DNA of 64,000 nucleotides from Candidatus Saccharimonadota bacterium. GTDB taxonomy: Bacteria > Patescibacteriota > Saccharimonadia > Saccharimonadales > UBA10212. Shown piece after piece: positions 61,634 through 64,000 of this stretch (its first letter is position 1; each line of letters begins with the position of its first letter). The stretch is taken from the NCBI GenBank assembly GCA_022841445.1, contig JALHRM010000001.1:259777-323776 (forward strand). The letters run 5' to 3'. The position numbers and the translations under genes are program-made. The notes beneath the pieces are model-generated. The model did no database searches, was not told where the DNA came from, and saw only the letters and a program-made list of their open reading frames with translations.

Positions 61634-62302
61634 ATGAAAGTACTTGTTGTTTACGCCCATCACGAACCATCTTCGTTAACGGCAAGCATGAAAAACATTG
61701 CTGTGCAGCAATTAACATCTCAAGGACATGAGGTGGTTATTAGTGACCTGTATGCTCAAGGATTTAATGCCGTCGCTCAAAAGTGGGATTTTGTTACAAC
61801 CACAGGGGGGCATTTCAACTATATGCTTGAGCAGCGCCACGCTGCTCGGCTTGGGATGTCTTTTGCGCCGGATATAACATCTGAAATTGAAAAGCTTGCC
61901 ACCGCTGAACTGGTGGTAATTGCTACTCCGATATGGTGGTTCAGTGTACCGGCGGTTTTGAAGGGTTGGTTTGACCGAGTGCTCGCCATGGGCGTGACCT
62001 GGGACGGTGGCAAAATCTATGAAAACGGCCTGATGAGGGGCAAGCAGGCGATGATGCTGGTAAGTGCTGGTGGACCGAAAGAATATTACAGCAAAGAAGG
62101 GAAGCACAAGGCGTCAATGACCGAAATACTGCACCCGATTAACCACGGTACGCTCGCTTTTTGCGGTTACGATGTTCACGAACCATTTTGCGCAATTAAT
62201 ACGCTTGGGCAAACCAAAGAAGAACTAGACACAACAATGAATGACCTCCGTTTCAGACTCCAGAATCTGACCACCAGCCCAAACTGGCTCACTAAGTACT
62301 AG
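61634..62302 (+). CDS. NAD(P)H dehydrogenase (quinone), flavodoxin-2 family
   Basis: MKVLVVYAH....S, DLY...F, PIWWFSVPAVLKGWFDRV. Confidence 0.92.
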   Translation: MKVLVVYAHHEPSSLTASMKNIAVQQLTSQGHEVVISDLYAQGFNAVAQKWDFVTTTGGHFNYMLEQRHAARLGMSFAPDITSEIEKLATAELVVIATPIWWFSVPAVLKGWFDRVLAMGVTWDGGKIYENGLMRGKQAMMLVSAGGPKEYYSKEGKHKASMTEILHPINHGTLAFCGYDVHEPFCAINTLGQTKEELDTTMNDLRFRLQNLTTSPNWLTKY

Positions 62303-62313
62303 CATCTACTCCC

Positions 62314-62420
62314 CTGACCAGTACTCACTTTTCCCCTCTCCAGAGCACTTTGCCCTTGAAGTAGCAACAAAGGGCGGCGTTCGCATAACTCTTGCGATTG
62401 AAAAAGTAAGTACTGGTCAG
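62314..62420. repeat. 107-nt element bounded by ~19-nt inverted repeats (MITE-like or structured RNA)
   Basis: CTGACCAGTACTCACTTTT at the left and AAAAGTAAGTACTGGTCAG at the right (one mismatch, a C.A pair); two internal hairpins. Confidence 0.6.
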
Positions 62421-62465
62421 ATCTACCACTGATTGTGTTCCTTAAACTGTTATACTGGTGCTCAA

Positions 62466-64000
62466 ATGGAGCCAGTTAAAGAATCAATTTCAGCTATCTG
62501 TAAAAAGTTGTTCAGTGTTGATGCTACCCCCGAAATCACTCGCCCGGCCGAACAATTTGGTGATTTTTCTACCAATGTTGCTTTGACATTGGCCGCTAAA
62601 CTTGGCAAGAATCCCCGAGAAGTGGCCAATAAAATTAGCACTGAACTAGCAGCGGTTTCAGGAATCGTTTCAGCCGAAGTTGCTGGCCCGGGCTTTATTA
62701 ACATCGCCCTTGAAGATTCTACGCTCATAACCGCCATAAAGTCGGCGGTAGACGGAGACAGTAATTTTGGTCGCAGCAAAGCACTAGACAACCAGACGGT
62801 AGTTGTTGAGTATTCTGATCCAAATCCGTTCAAGGTGTTGCATGCCGGTCACCTATACACCAGCGTAGTAGGGGATGCGATTGCCAACCTGCTCGAAGCA
62901 TCTGGTGCAAGAGTCCATCGCGTAAATTACGGTGGCGATGTTGGCAGGCATGTTGCAATCACGCTTTGGGCCATGCTTCAGAAGTTGGGCGGGGAATACC
63001 CACAAAAGCTGGACGAAATAGATGAACATGCAAGAGCTGAATGGATGGCCGAGTGTTATATAGAAGGAACTTCTGCCTACGACACAAACCCTAAGGCAAA
63101 AGCAGAGATCACGGATTTGAACAAGCGGGTATATGAGTTTCATGCCAAGAATGATCAGGATTCACCATTAGCTAAAATCTACTGGACAACCCGATCGTGG
63201 AGTTATGAGTATTTCGAGTATTTCTATTCACAGATAGGGACGAAGTTTGAAAAATTTTATCCGGAAAGCGATGTTGCCGAGCTCGGTATTGCTACGGTTC
63301 GCGAGCAGCTAGGCAAAGGAGTGTTCCAAGAATCAGACGGTGCAGTTGTCTTTGATGGTGACAAGCACGGACTTCATACCAGGGTGTTCATTAATTCGCA
63401 GGGTTTGCCGACGTACGAAGCCAAAGAAGTAGGCTTAATCAAGCAAAAAGCCAAAGACTATGATTTTGATAAATCGGTAGTCATAACTGGTAGCGAACAA
63501 GAACAATATATGGCCGTCGTACTTAAGGCTGTAGAACAATTCTTACCCGATTTAGCTCAAAAAACCACCCATCTTACCCACGGCATGGTGAAACTACTGG
63601 GCGGTGTCAAGATGAGTAGCAGAAAGGGCAATATTCTGCGCGCGCTCGATGTAATCGATGCAGCGGCTGAGGCAAATCGATCTATGACTGGTAAAGACAA
63701 CGATGACGTAGCCCTTGGGGCGGTCAAGTATTCATTTTTGAAACAGCGCCTTGGACCCGATGTTGTTTATGATCCCGAGGAATCGGTCAGTTTGACTGGT
63801 AATAGCGGGCCGTATCTACAGTACGCCTTGGTGCGCGCTAAAAGTATCTGGCGAAACGCTCCGTCTAATGTAGTTTGCAGCATAGAAAGTAGTCATGTAT
63901 TGCAGCCCGCAGAACGGTCTTTAATCCGTAAAATTGGTGAATATCCAGAAGTTATTGAAAAAGCATCGGCCGAACTACTACCACATCATCTAGCGACGTA
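62466..64000 (+). CDS. argS: Arginine--tRNA ligase (3' truncated by window edge; absent from the ORF track)
   Basis: FGDFSTN.A, AGPGFINI, VEYSDPNPFKVLHAGH (HIGH motif), KMSSRKGN, GNSGPYLQYA; frame reads to the window end. Confidence 0.96.
   Translation, partial: MEPVKESISAICKKLFSVDATPEITRPAEQFGDFSTNVALTLAAKLGKNPREVANKISTELAAVSGIVSAEVAGPGFINIALEDSTLITAIKSAVDGDSNFGRSKALDNQTVVVEYSDPNPFKVLHAGHLYTSVVGDAIANLLEASGARVHRVNYGGDVGRHVAITLWAMLQKLGGEYPQKLDEIDEHARAEWMAECYIEGTSAYDTNPKAKAEITDLNKRVYEFHAKNDQDSPLAKIYWTTRSWSYEYFEYFYSQIGTKFEKFYPESDVAELGIATVREQLGKGVFQESDGAVVFDGDKHGLHTRVFINSQGLPTYEAKEVGLIKQKAKDYDFDKSVVITGSEQEQYMAVVLKAVEQFLPDLAQKTTHLTHGMVKLLGGVKMSSRKGNILRALDVIDAAAEANRSMTGKDNDDVALGAVKYSFLKQRLGPDVVYDPEESVSLTGNSGPYLQYALVRAKSIWRNAPSNVVCSIESSHVLQPAERSLIRKIGEYPEVIEKASAELLPHHLAT

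Noticed and set aside
430..63143. Numerous antisense/alternate-frame ORFs in the track (e.g. 430..903, 4144..4617, 42539..43126, 62462..62833)
   Set aside because: They overlap well-supported genes and show no motifs; treated as shadow ORFs.

Overview
This is a chromosomal segment that most resembles Patescibacteria/CPR, probably Saccharibacteria (TM7). That lineage call is inferred from the T4SS architecture, the gene set and the many orphan ORFs. In order, the window holds: the 3' end of dnaN and recF; a ~18 kb type IV secretion locus (small membrane protein, two multi-domain peptidoglycan hydrolases, VirB4 ATPase, TraC-like and PrgI/VirB3-like proteins, an orphan, a VirB6-like protein, and a divergent array of seven VirB2/TrbC-like pilins, with no relaxase or VirD4 in the window); hsp20, comF and a membrane-anchored Clp ATPase; a DipZ/thioredoxin redox cluster; a secreted His-rich repeat protein; valS, tsaD, murE, groES/groEL with tandem CIRCE, PGI/PMI, a MacB-type ABC pair, an amidinotransferase, pyrC/carAB/pyrB, purA, rlmH and the start of argS. 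It also holds five tRNAs: all four Ser isoacceptors and Arg-GCG. The most unusual signal is a ~150-nt structured non-coding element directly behind two unrelated tRNAs (Ser-TGA and Arg-GCG). Each copy has an inverted and a direct copy of its own tRNA 3' half around a shared core with compensatory base changes. Other notable signals are an intrinsic terminator inside the carA reading frame, a perfect CIRCE in front of an unknown ORF, CAD-like pyrimidine enzymes, and a split between leaderless conserved genes and orphan genes with full -35/-10 promoters. All calls come from motif reading by eye; no database searches were run.
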